Part shown: piece after piece, positions 47,943 to 55,859 of the stretch
Layout: every line of letters starts with the position of its first letter
How positions within the stretch are numbered: position 1 is the first letter of the stretch
Assembly: GCA_965207685.1 (NCBI GenBank)
Contig: OZ242294.1
Location: 1,143,558-1,207,557 of the forward strand
Direction: 5' to 3'
Origin: Thermodesulfobacteriota bacterium
GTDB lineage: Bacteria > Desulfobacterota_D > UBA1144 > Nemesobacterales > Nemesobacteraceae
Length of the DNA: 64,000 nt
The notes under the pieces: model-generated
What the model was told of the DNA's origin: nothing
The model's database searches: none
Seen by the model: only the letters and a program-made list of their open reading frames with translations
Translations under genes and position numbers: made by a program

Positions 47943-48923
47943 TTATGAACCCTGACTGATCGGGAACTGCTGCCTCAATCCATACTTGTATGGCGTGGCA
48001 TATCCACGATAACTCGCCGGCCTCTCATATGTCTCCGTCCATAGTACTACCGCTGGCGGTATTACAAGATCGAACACAAACGAAATCAATCCAGTTACTT
48101 CCTGAATCTTCAGCTCCGCTCCCATGTTGTCAAACGGAGTGGCCTGCATGAACCAGTTGATAGCGTCTCCGCTTGCTGTCCTGGTGTGCTCCGGCTTTAT
48201 CTTGAACCTGTGTCCCGTTATCATGCTGTCAAACGGAGGCGGCAACGCCGATGGCAGATATGTCAGCTGCCACTCCGAACTCGATACGTCCGGACGCGTT
48301 ATTACCTTCATGTTGAACTTACCCCAGTCCGTCTTCCCATAGAAATACGGAGGTGTTACCTGCTTGTCGTCAAACTGTCCCGTCGCGCTGTGCATCAGGT
48401 AACCGTTACGACTCATCGCAAATCCAAAGAAGTCAGTGCCCTTCTCTCCACCATGTACCGTACATCTGATGTAGGACATCTTCTTTGGAAATCCAAGCAC
48501 ACGACCAGCGTCCACAGGCGCATCTCCCGTTAGATACATATACGGATAGTATCCGGCTCTCCACACGTTCCCGTCAGGGTCCGAGTAAGTAGCCGATACC
48601 GTTACGCCAAACTCAAGGTATGGACCTAACATCGTGTTCTTGTGATCCACATACCAAAACTCTACCAGGTCCGCATTCTCGCCATCCCATACCTGCAGAG
48701 GGGGATTAGGGCACAGACGACTACGAGTTGCCTCGTCAACCCTTACCACGAATGCTGACCACCTGCTGTCCGTGTATGTCAGCGGCAGCACGTCTATGTC
48801 CCACAGCGGATCCGACGGATTCGCTATGATCCATGACTTGATATCCCGCTCTATCGGAGGGGGCGGGACCTCTTTCGTCAACTCCCAGTACTTCGTTGGG
48901 ACGTTTAAATGACTATGGCTCAT
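47943..48923 (-). CDS. Acetoacetate decarboxylase (ADC)-fold family protein, paralogue 2
   Basis: Roughly half identical to paralogue 1 by eye, with DAGRVLGFPKKMSY and YLEFGVTVSA. ATG 48923 has GAAGGAGG 8 nt upstream. The ORF-track GTG start at 49094 adds 57 aa with no counterpart in paralogue 1. Confidence 0.7.
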   Translation of the reverse strand: MSHSHLNVPTKYWELTKEVPPPPIERDIKSWIIANPSDPLWDIDVLPLTYTDSRWSAFVVRVDEATRSRLCPNPPLQVWDGENADLVEFWYVDHKNTMLGPYLEFGVTVSATYSDPDGNVWRAGYYPYMYLTGDAPVDAGRVLGFPKKMSYIRCTVHGGEKGTDFFGFAMSRNGYLMHSATGQFDDKQVTPPYFYGKTDWGKFNMKVITRPDVSSSEWQLTYLPSALPPPFDSMITGHRFKIKPEHTRTASGDAINWFMQATPFDNMGAELKIQEVTGLISFVFDLVIPPAVVLWTETYERPASYRGYATPYKYGLRQQFPISQGS

Positions 48924-49242
48924 ATTATAAGCCTCCTTCATTTTAGATTTGGGCCAAAACTTACCACCCATTCCATACCTCTCCATCTCCCGCACTCCCC
49001 TGTTGATAAAATGTTGGTAGTCCTGTTGGATGCGAATAGACGCAACCTCACCCGATTTACATTCAATCAAATCTATACCCCTTTTGTCAAGCACTTTTTT
49101 GTGATGTTAGCCAAACTTTTTTCCGGTCTCGGGGTCACGAAAAATATCTTACTGCTTAACGCCCTAAAAGTGCTGATTTGGATGTGAAAAGAACAGGGAA
49201 TTTCCCACTCAAAACGCGGTCACGTCTTATGCTTAATCGGGC

Positions 49243-49315
49243 AAAAAAAAGCCGCCGAAGCCACTTAATCCCGTTAGGGAAAAAACAGCCACGGCGGCAA
49301 CCGGAAGGTGGAACA
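49243..49315 (-). ncRNA. Candidate ~75-nt small RNA or terminated leader (promoter-to-terminator unit)
   Basis: Downstream of that promoter, the minus strand forms a long imperfect hairpin. GCCGCCG (rc of 49292..49298) pairs with CGGCGGC (rc of 49251..49257), with an apical UCCC-UAAC-GGGA stem, followed by U8 (rc of 49243..49250). No T-run follows on the plus strand, so it can terminate minus-strand transcription only. Confidence 0.3.
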
Positions 49316-49321
49316 TTTCTT

Positions 49322-49351
49322 ATAGTACTCTCTATTTACCAGGAATGTCAA
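49322..49351 (-). promoter_or_regulatory. Sigma70-type promoter reading toward the ADC genes
   Basis: Minus strand: TTGACA (rc of 49346..49351), an 18-nt spacer, then TACTAT (rc of 49322..49327). A 7-bp inverted repeat CTCTATT (49330..49336) / AATAGAG (49350..49356) spans the spacer and the -35 element. Confidence 0.4.
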
Positions 49352-49465
49352 TAGAGTTTTTACGGCAATCGCAAAGTTCCTTTGCCAGAACCCGGTAAAA
49401 CGGCTATACTGCCTTCCCGAAAAACTTTCTCGCTAAGTGAGGATTGGCACAGGGAGGACGCCAAA

Positions 49466-50608
49466 TTGCCTATTGATTTCGAATTCACGGACGAGCAGCG
49501 CATGTTCCGGGAAATGATAGTGGATTTCGCCCAGAACGAGATAGAGCCGCTGGTTGAAGAAGCGGAAGCCACCCAGACCTTCCCAAAACAGCTGTTTCCC
49601 ATGCTCGGGGAAATCGGACTGCTCGGAATCTCCTTTCCGGAAGAGTACGGAGGGGTCGCTCAGGACAAGATAATGGACTGCATATTCTCCGAGGAGATGG
49701 GAAAGGTTAACGCCGGCATAGCTATGTGCATTAACGCCCACACAAGCCTTTCCATGTTCCCCATATACAAATTCGGCTCCGAGGAGCAGAAGAAGAAATA
49801 TCTCGTGCCCGGGATCGAGGGCAAACTAATAGGTTCCTTGGGGATCACCGAGCCCAACGCCGGTTCAGACGCGCGGAGCATAAGAACCCAGGCGGAAAAA
49901 AAGGGAGACCGCTACGTACTCAACGGCACGAAGACCTGGATAACAAACGGCACCATGTGCGACTACGCGGTGGTGGCCGCCTATACGGACAAGACGAAAA
50001 AGGGCCACGGCATAAGCATATTCATAGTTGACAAGGGCACCCCGGGATTCTCCGTAAGCGGTAAGATGCACAAGCTCGGGCACCGCTCCGCGGACACCTC
50101 GGAACTTATATTCGAGGGCTGCGAGGTCGGTGAAGAAAGTCTGCTCGTAGGAGAAGGAGGATTCGCGGGAGCGATGCAGACCCTGCTCGGAGCGCGCATA
50201 ACCCACGCCGCGAAAAGCGTCGGGATAGCCCAGGCCGCCTTTGAGTACGCCCTTCAGTACTCAAAGGAAAGAGAGGCGTTCGGAAGACCCATATCGAAGT
50301 TTCAGGCCATAAGTTTCAAGCTCGCCGATATGGCGGTCAAAATAGAGACCGCGAGGCTCATGGTTTACAAGGCCGCCTGGCTATACAGCAACGGGAAAAG
50401 ATGTCTCAAGGAAGCTTCCATGGCCAAGCTCTACTCGGCCGAGATAGTGCAGTGGGTGGCCACAGAGGCCCTGCAGGTTCTCGGGGGCTACGGTTACAGC
50501 GTCGAGTACAATGCGGAGAGATACTACCGCGACGCTAGGCTGGCTTCCATAACCGAAGGGACCTCGGAGATACAGCGCATCGTTATTTCACGCGAACTTG
50601 GAATTTAG
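49466..50608 (+). CDS. Acyl-CoA dehydrogenase
   Basis: PIDFEFTDEQRMFREM N-terminus, GITEPNAGSD, and C-terminal YYRDARLASITEGTSEIQR carrying the catalytic Glu. I prefer TTG 49466 (GGGAGGA upstream) over TTG 49382. Confidence 0.9.
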   Translation: MPIDFEFTDEQRMFREMIVDFAQNEIEPLVEEAEATQTFPKQLFPMLGEIGLLGISFPEEYGGVAQDKIMDCIFSEEMGKVNAGIAMCINAHTSLSMFPIYKFGSEEQKKKYLVPGIEGKLIGSLGITEPNAGSDARSIRTQAEKKGDRYVLNGTKTWITNGTMCDYAVVAAYTDKTKKGHGISIFIVDKGTPGFSVSGKMHKLGHRSADTSELIFEGCEVGEESLLVGEGGFAGAMQTLLGARITHAAKSVGIAQAAFEYALQYSKEREAFGRPISKFQAISFKLADMAVKIETARLMVYKAAWLYSNGKRCLKEASMAKLYSAEIVQWVATEALQVLGGYGYSVEYNAERYYRDARLASITEGTSEIQRIVISRELGI

Positions 50609-50695
50609 TTTGGCAAAACCCTTGGGTATGTAGTAATATGATACGGATTTTTAACATTAGAGAGCACTAAGTTTAAGTAAGGAGGAAGCATTACA

Positions 50696-51907
50696 ATGTC
50701 TAAGAACCTTCCGGGCATACAGGAGACCCGAGAACTTCTGAAGAAGAAAAAAGTTGTTATCGCCGGGGTGGGCGAAACCGAACAGGGCAAGATCCCGGAT
50801 AAAAGCTCCTTTCACTTCCTGAGCGAAGCCTCGAAGCTTGCGATTGAGGACGCGGGGATTAAAAAAGACGACGTGGACGGCCTGGTAACGGCCTTCTCCC
50901 TCGTTGAGCACACGTTCATGCACTGCACAACCTTTGCAGATTACTTCGGCATGAACCCGAGGTTTTTCTCCTCGGTAGCCGTGGGGGGAGCAACGGCGGT
51001 GTGGATGGTTGCCGAGGCGGCCATGGCCATAGCCTCTGGGCAGGCTGAAGTGGTACTCTGCGTAAGGGGGGATAACACCCTCTCGGGGATATCCTCTTCG
51101 GGGATGCTCGCGCTTATAAGGGAGATGTGTCACGCGGAGTTTGAGTTCCCCTACGGACTCACGACTCCGGGGGGATACGCGCTTGCGGCGCAGAGATACC
51201 TGCATGACTGGGGCGCCAGAAGAGAACACCTTGCGGCGGTGGCAGTAACGATGAGAAAGCACGCCGCGGATAAAGAGAACGCAATGAACAAGGACCCACT
51301 GTCAATAGAGGACGTCCTTACCTCAAGGGTAATAGCCGAGCCTCTTACCAAGTATGACTGCTCGATTATCTCTGACGGAGGAGCGGCTTTCATAGTCACA
51401 ACGGAGGACAAGGCAAAGGAGCTTGGGATAGAAAACGACCTTGCGTATCTGTGGGGAATGGGACAGGGATACTCCCACCAGTACCTGACAACCCTTGAGA
51501 ACCTCGACCAAATATACAACGCTGTTGAAAGGTCGGGGGAGAAAGCGTTCAGCACGGCGGGGATAGAACCCAGGGATGTCGACATAGCGTTTCTATATGA
51601 CTGCTTCACCATAACGGTGCTGCTTGAACTTGAGGGACTTGGGTTTGTTCCCAAGGGAGATGGAGGAGCGTTTGCGCTTGAGGGAAGAATGGAGATAGGG
51701 AAGGACCTTCCGGTGAACACTCACGGGGGACTGCTCTCCCAGGCCCATCTGGGGGCCATGCATCATGTGGTTGAGGCCACATTGCAGTTAAGGGGAGACG
51801 CGGGGTCAAGGCAGGTAGAGGACCCCGAGGTAGCGGTTGTGCATGGAAACGGGGGGATAGTGTCTGCTCACAGCACGGTGGTTCTGGGTAACCAGCCGAT
51901 TAACTAA
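50696..51907 (+). CDS. Thiolase-fold (SCP-x/Ltp-like) protein apparently lacking both catalytic cysteines
   Basis: Thiolase-like layout (VVIAGVGETEQGK..., DCSIISDGGAAFIV, VNTHGGLLSQAHLGAM). The nucleophile position reads VAVGGATAVW and the C-terminal CxGGG position reads VHGNGGIV. Confidence 0.75.
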   Translation: MSKNLPGIQETRELLKKKKVVIAGVGETEQGKIPDKSSFHFLSEASKLAIEDAGIKKDDVDGLVTAFSLVEHTFMHCTTFADYFGMNPRFFSSVAVGGATAVWMVAEAAMAIASGQAEVVLCVRGDNTLSGISSSGMLALIREMCHAEFEFPYGLTTPGGYALAAQRYLHDWGARREHLAAVAVTMRKHAADKENAMNKDPLSIEDVLTSRVIAEPLTKYDCSIISDGGAAFIVTTEDKAKELGIENDLAYLWGMGQGYSHQYLTTLENLDQIYNAVERSGEKAFSTAGIEPRDVDIAFLYDCFTITVLLELEGLGFVPKGDGGAFALEGRMEIGKDLPVNTHGGLLSQAHLGAMHHVVEATLQLRGDAGSRQVEDPEVAVVHGNGGIVSAHSTVVLGNQPIN

Positions 51908-51931
51908 CAAACAACAAAGGAGAACAATAAG

Positions 51932-52357
51932 ATGTCAGAAGAGAAAAAAGAGTATAACAAGCCCTTGCCGGAGTTTCGGCCCGAGACGAAGCCGTTTTGG
52001 GAGGCTGCGAAGGAGCACAGGCTGGTTATCCCGAGATCAAGGGAGACAGGGGAGTTTTTCTTTTACCCCAGGGCTCTTTCCCCCGGAGGGGACATGAGTG
52101 AGGACATAGAGTGGGTTGAGAGCGAGGGACGGGGGAAGGTGTGGACTTTTTCCATACACCACATGGGACCGTCCAAGGCCTACAAGGGTGAGCCTCCCTA
52201 TGTAGTGGCCCTCATAGAGATGGACGAGGGAGTTAAGATGATGTCCAACGTGGTTGACGTAGACCCCAACGAGGTGTCCATAGGGATGGAAGTGCAGGTC
52301 TGCTTCGATGACGTTACTGATGAGGTCACACTGCCCAAATTCAAACCTGCCGGTTAA
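51932..52357 (+). CDS. DUF35 OB-fold protein (zinc-ribbon cysteines absent)
   Basis: FWEAAKEHRLVIPRSRETGEFFFYPRALSPGG...EWVESEGRGKVWTFSIHH...PPYVVALIEMDEGVKMMSNV matches the DUF35 N-terminal ribbon plus OB fold. No Cys at the ribbon positions. Confidence 0.7.
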   Translation: MSEEKKEYNKPLPEFRPETKPFWEAAKEHRLVIPRSRETGEFFFYPRALSPGGDMSEDIEWVESEGRGKVWTFSIHHMGPSKAYKGEPPYVVALIEMDEGVKMMSNVVDVDPNEVSIGMEVQVCFDDVTDEVTLPKFKPAG

Positions 52358-52372
52358 AAAGGAGAACTAAAG

Positions 52373-52825
52373 ATGCCAAGACTTTTTTACGAAGATCTGA
52401 ACGAGGGAGACGAACACAAAAGCTCAGGAAGAACCATTACTGAAGCCGACATCGTCAACTTCGCGGGACTTTCCGCAGATTACAACAATATGCACATAGA
52501 CGAGGAGTTCGCCAAAAAAACCGTGTTCAAGACAAGGGTTGCTCACGGCATGCTGGTGACTTCCATAGCAACGGGCCTCTGGTTCACCATGCCGAGACTC
52601 GCCACAGTCGCCTTCATGGGACTTGAGGACTGGAGATTTTCAGGAGCCGTATTCCCGGGTGACACGATTCACATAACGAGAACGCTCGTTGAGAAAAGGG
52701 AACACAAGCGTCCGAACATGGGATTTTTCATTTTTGAGGTAAACGTATTTACCCACAAAGATGCCGAAAAGCCCGTTCAGAAAGGAAAATGGGTGATTCT
52801 GGTCCAGAGGAAAGAAGAAGCCTAA
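52373..52825 (+). CDS. MaoC-like (R)-specific enoyl-CoA hydratase/dehydratase
   Basis: Hot-dog motif FAGLSADYNNMHIDEEFAKKTVFKTRVAHGMLV. Confidence 0.85.
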   Translation: MPRLFYEDLNEGDEHKSSGRTITEADIVNFAGLSADYNNMHIDEEFAKKTVFKTRVAHGMLVTSIATGLWFTMPRLATVAFMGLEDWRFSGAVFPGDTIHITRTLVEKREHKRPNMGFFIFEVNVFTHKDAEKPVQKGKWVILVQRKEEA

Positions 52826-52863
52826 AAGTTCCTTAGTTACAAAACTAACAAAACAAAGAAGGC

Positions 52864-52899
52864 AAAAAAAGAGGGGACCCGAAAGTCCCCTTTTTTTTT
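52864..52899 (+). terminator. Rho-independent terminator after the MaoC gene
   Basis: An A7 run, stem GGGGAC (52873..52878) / GTCCCC (52885..52890) with loop CCGAAA, then T9 (52891..52899). Confidence 0.75.
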
Positions 52900-53116
52900 G
52901 TAAACCACCTGTAAACCGGCACTCCCTTGCCTCGAGGGCAAGGAATTATTCGCTCGGCGACTGCCGCATCAAAAACCATTTGAAGCCGAAGCCGCCTCGC
53001 AAACTTCCGTTAAGTTTCGGACTGCCTAGCCGAAACAAAACCAATTCTTAAAATCCCGTGCTTCCCGTTCATCCCGATACCGGGGTTTTTTCAGAAAAGC
53101 ACGGCAGTATTAAACC

Positions 53117-53650
53117 TTAGCCTGGTACTCCACCGAGAGGATTCCACTTCTCCGTAAGCAGAAGCATTCCCGGTATCAACAGAGTCACTATCGACTCTAT
53201 TATGAACAGATAGGCTATCGGTTTGCCGAGATCCTGGCCCTGCGAGAACGCAAGGAAGCAGAGAAGCACCAGCAAAGCCCATGCCCAGCAGAAGTACGCA
53301 AAGTACGCCAGCCCAAGTGCCTGGAAATGAGCCCCGTACCATATAAACACTACCGTTGCGAAAAGACAGTACACTCCTAGCCCTTTCGCGTCATGTCCGT
53401 GTACGAATACCGCGTAGACTATCAGGTATATCAATGCAAATACCGACACCAGCGCGGTAGCCGCCGTAAGACCAAGGGTGTGCAGTTTCCAGGCGGCGAT
53501 CGCTATAAGCACGCCGACTCCCAGATTGAGCACTCCCACTTCTTTCGCTCCGGTTTTACCCAGAAGGGTCATTCCGTTCGCGAAGAACACAAACCCTACG
53601 AGCAGCAACACGTAACCTAACAAAGCTTCTATTGGAACCATACTAACCAT
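53117..53650 (-). CDS. AmiS/UreI-family channel protein
   Basis: Six-TM 177-aa protein. LLLVGFVFFANGMTLLGKTGAKEVGVLNLGVGVL resembles the AmiS/UreI N-terminal pattern (lfvNG..llGK...k...v.N). Confidence 0.55.
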   Translation of the reverse strand: MVSMVPIEALLGYVLLLVGFVFFANGMTLLGKTGAKEVGVLNLGVGVLIAIAAWKLHTLGLTAATALVSVFALIYLIVYAVFVHGHDAKGLGVYCLFATVVFIWYGAHFQALGLAYFAYFCWAWALLVLLCFLAFSQGQDLGKPIAYLFIIESIVTLLIPGMLLLTEKWNPLGGVPG

Positions 53651-53772
53651 ACCTCCTGTATGAGATCATAACCGTTCCTGGCCCCAAGACAGGGACCGCT
53701 AATTATGCTTTTATCACAGGTGCGCATTCAATGTCAAGCTAAATTACACCCGCAACTCGGGGCAAAACGGTG

Positions 53773-54273
53773 TTACTGGGAAGGAATAAAATCCAAAGCG
53801 ACCGAGTTTATACAGTATCGAAGTCCCGTCGGGGGAGGACCATCTTTGAAAACATGTCCCAAGTGTTCCCCGCATTCGCTTGATACCACTTCATAACGCC
53901 TGAGCCCGAAGGAATTATCGGGAACTATCTTCACGGCGTCCTCGCTTATGGGTCTCCAGAAACTCGGCCATCCGGTTTTTGAATCGTATTTATGCTCGGA
54001 GGAAAAAACGGGCTGTCCGCAGCCGGCGGTAACGTAGGTTCCCTCTTTCTTGTTGTAAAGCAGGTCTCCCGAAAAAGGAGCTTCCGTGCCTTTTTTCCAG
54101 AGAACTTTGTACTCAAGCGGAGAAAGCTTCTCTCTCCACTGTTCAGCGGTAAGCCCCATGACTCCCTCGGGCGGTTTCTTTTCAGACTGCTGCTCACCGC
54201 CCGCGGACAAAAACGGCGAAAGAACGAGCACCGCGACCGCTAGAACAGTCAAGATGGTTGTGCGCATTGTCAT
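53773..54273 (-). CDS. msrB: Peptide-methionine (R)-S-oxide reductase MsrB, exported form
   Basis: Signal peptide MTMRTTILTVLAVAVLVLSPFLSAG, then GTYVTAGCGQPVFSSEHKYDSKTGWPSFWRPI and ECGEHLGHVFKDGPPPTGLRYCINS. Confidence 0.9.
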   Translation of the reverse strand: MTMRTTILTVLAVAVLVLSPFLSAGGEQQSEKKPPEGVMGLTAEQWREKLSPLEYKVLWKKGTEAPFSGDLLYNKKEGTYVTAGCGQPVFSSEHKYDSKTGWPSFWRPISEDAVKIVPDNSFGLRRYEVVSSECGEHLGHVFKDGPPPTGLRYCINSVALDFIPSQ

Positions 54274-54389
54274 GGAAACTACCTCTATTTTTCAATATAA
54301 ACATCCTCTATCGGCATGTAAAGTGCCTTAAAATCAGGTATCTAAAAAAAACAAAAAGCCCATGCAAAAGGGCGGCGGAGGGAAAAAGC

Positions 54390-55784
54390 ATGCCGAAAAC
54401 ACTTGAGGTTCTTGGGGCCTACGACGAAAAACTCATAAGAAAAATTCCCGTGACCAGCAAAAGGGACATGGAAAAAGCGCTTTCCGCGGCAAGGGCTCTT
54501 GCCGACCAGCCTTCAGAAAGAATGCCTATTCCAAAAAGAATAGAGATCCTCGAGCGAACCAGGGAGTTCGTCGAGAGAAACTACGACCGTATCGTAGCGG
54601 ACGCCTCCGCAGAGGGAGGAAAACCCCTCATTGACACCAGAGCCGAGATCACGAGAGCCATAAACGGAATAAAAGTGGCAACCGAATCCCTCTCTAATCT
54701 CGGAGGAGAAGAAATACCCATGGGCTCAAACGCCGCTTCCCTTAACAGGATGGCATTTACTCTCAGGGAACCAATAGGGGTTGTGGTGGCCATCTCGGCC
54801 TTCAATCATCCTTTTAACCTTGCCGTTCACCAAGTGATACCCGCGGTGGCCGTCGGCTGTCCGGTAATCATAAAGCCCGCGCTTAATACTCCCCTCTCCT
54901 CCCTTAATCTGCTTGAAGCTCTCTACGAGAGCGGTCTTCCAGAGAGGTGGGCCCGCGCCGTTTTAGTGGACGATACGCTCGCCGAAGCGCTGGCTACCGA
55001 CAGAAGGGTCAACTACCTCACATTTATCGGCTCCGCGAAAGTGGGATGGCACCTGAGGTCAAGACTTGCGCCGGGAACAAGATGCGCTCTTGAGCACGGA
55101 GGCGCCGCTCCAGTAATAGTAGAGCGCGACGCCGACATAGACGATATGCTTCCCCTTCTCGCAAAAGGCGGCTTTTACCACGCGGGCCAGGTGTGCGTTT
55201 CCGTGCAGAGGGTTTTCGCGCAAAGCTCGGTAGTGAAAAGGGTAGCGGAAGGACTTAAAAAACTCGCCCTCGAGGGAAAAGTCGGCGACCCGATGAGCGA
55301 AGACACACAGATAGGTCCTCTCATAAGTCCAAGGGAAGTCACAAGGGTTCACAGCTGGGTAAAAGAGGCTTTGAGAAAAGACGGAGAACTTCTTTGCGGA
55401 GGCAGAAAAATCGGAAAAACCTGCTACGAGCCCACGGTAATCCTCAACCCGAGCCAGAACTGCAGGCTCTCGCGCGAGGAGATTTTCGGACCCGTTACAG
55501 CCGTTTACTCTTACGAAAAAATGGACGAGGCCATAGAACTGGCAAACAGCCTGCCCTACTCGTTTCAGGCGTCAGTATTCACCAAGAACATCGATACCGC
55601 CCTAGAGGCCGTAAAGAAGTTAAAGGCGGCTTCAGTGCTCGTAAACGATCACACCGCGTTCCGGGTCGACTGGATGCCTTTTCGCGGGGCCGGGCACTCG
55701 GGAATAGGAACGGGTGGGATCCCGTACACGATGCGCGAGATGACCCACGAGAAGCTTATGGTGATAAGGTCATCCGCGGTATAA
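54390..55784 (+). CDS. NAD(P)-dependent aldehyde dehydrogenase
   Basis: FNHPFNL, LTFIGSAKVG, LEHGGAAPVIV (Glu), FYHAGQVCVSVQRV (Cys) and EIFGPV. ATG 54390 is preceded by GGCGGAGGG; the ORF-track start at 54258 overlaps msrB. Confidence 0.85.
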   Translation: MPKTLEVLGAYDEKLIRKIPVTSKRDMEKALSAARALADQPSERMPIPKRIEILERTREFVERNYDRIVADASAEGGKPLIDTRAEITRAINGIKVATESLSNLGGEEIPMGSNAASLNRMAFTLREPIGVVVAISAFNHPFNLAVHQVIPAVAVGCPVIIKPALNTPLSSLNLLEALYESGLPERWARAVLVDDTLAEALATDRRVNYLTFIGSAKVGWHLRSRLAPGTRCALEHGGAAPVIVERDADIDDMLPLLAKGGFYHAGQVCVSVQRVFAQSSVVKRVAEGLKKLALEGKVGDPMSEDTQIGPLISPREVTRVHSWVKEALRKDGELLCGGRKIGKTCYEPTVILNPSQNCRLSREEIFGPVTAVYSYEKMDEAIELANSLPYSFQASVFTKNIDTALEAVKKLKAASVLVNDHTAFRVDWMPFRGAGHSGIGTGGIPYTMREMTHEKLMVIRSSAV

Positions 55785-55859
55785 AAGGATTTTGGGGGGA
55801 AAGTTCCTGCCGGGACCGGATTCATCCCGGCAGGAAAATATCGTTGCGGCAAGACAGGC

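Noticed and set aside
48924-49094. A 57-aa N-terminal extension of ADC paralogue 2, from the ORF-track GTG start at 49094.
   Set aside because: Paralogue 1 has no counterpart to it. ATG 48923 has a near-perfect GAAGGAGG SD at ideal spacing. The extension begins on a TTGACA hexamer that more plausibly belongs to a promoter.
49233-49316. A 27-aa hydrophobic peptide ORF (MFHLPVAAVAVFSLTGLSGFGGFFLPD) inside the candidate small RNA. It could be a leaderless micro-protein or a type I toxin.
   Set aside because: The terminator hairpin and U8 tract (ending at 49243) lie inside the ORF, upstream of its stop codon (49233..49235). A terminated transcript would therefore lack a stop. There is no SD, and the hydrophobicity is a by-product of the GC-rich stem and the U-run.
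49444-49460. TGGCAC upstream of the acyl-CoA dehydrogenase as a sigma-54 -24 element.
   Set aside because: The required -12 TTGC(A/T) element 5 nt downstream is absent; the sequence there is AGGGAGGACG. That stretch is better explained as the SD for TTG 49466.
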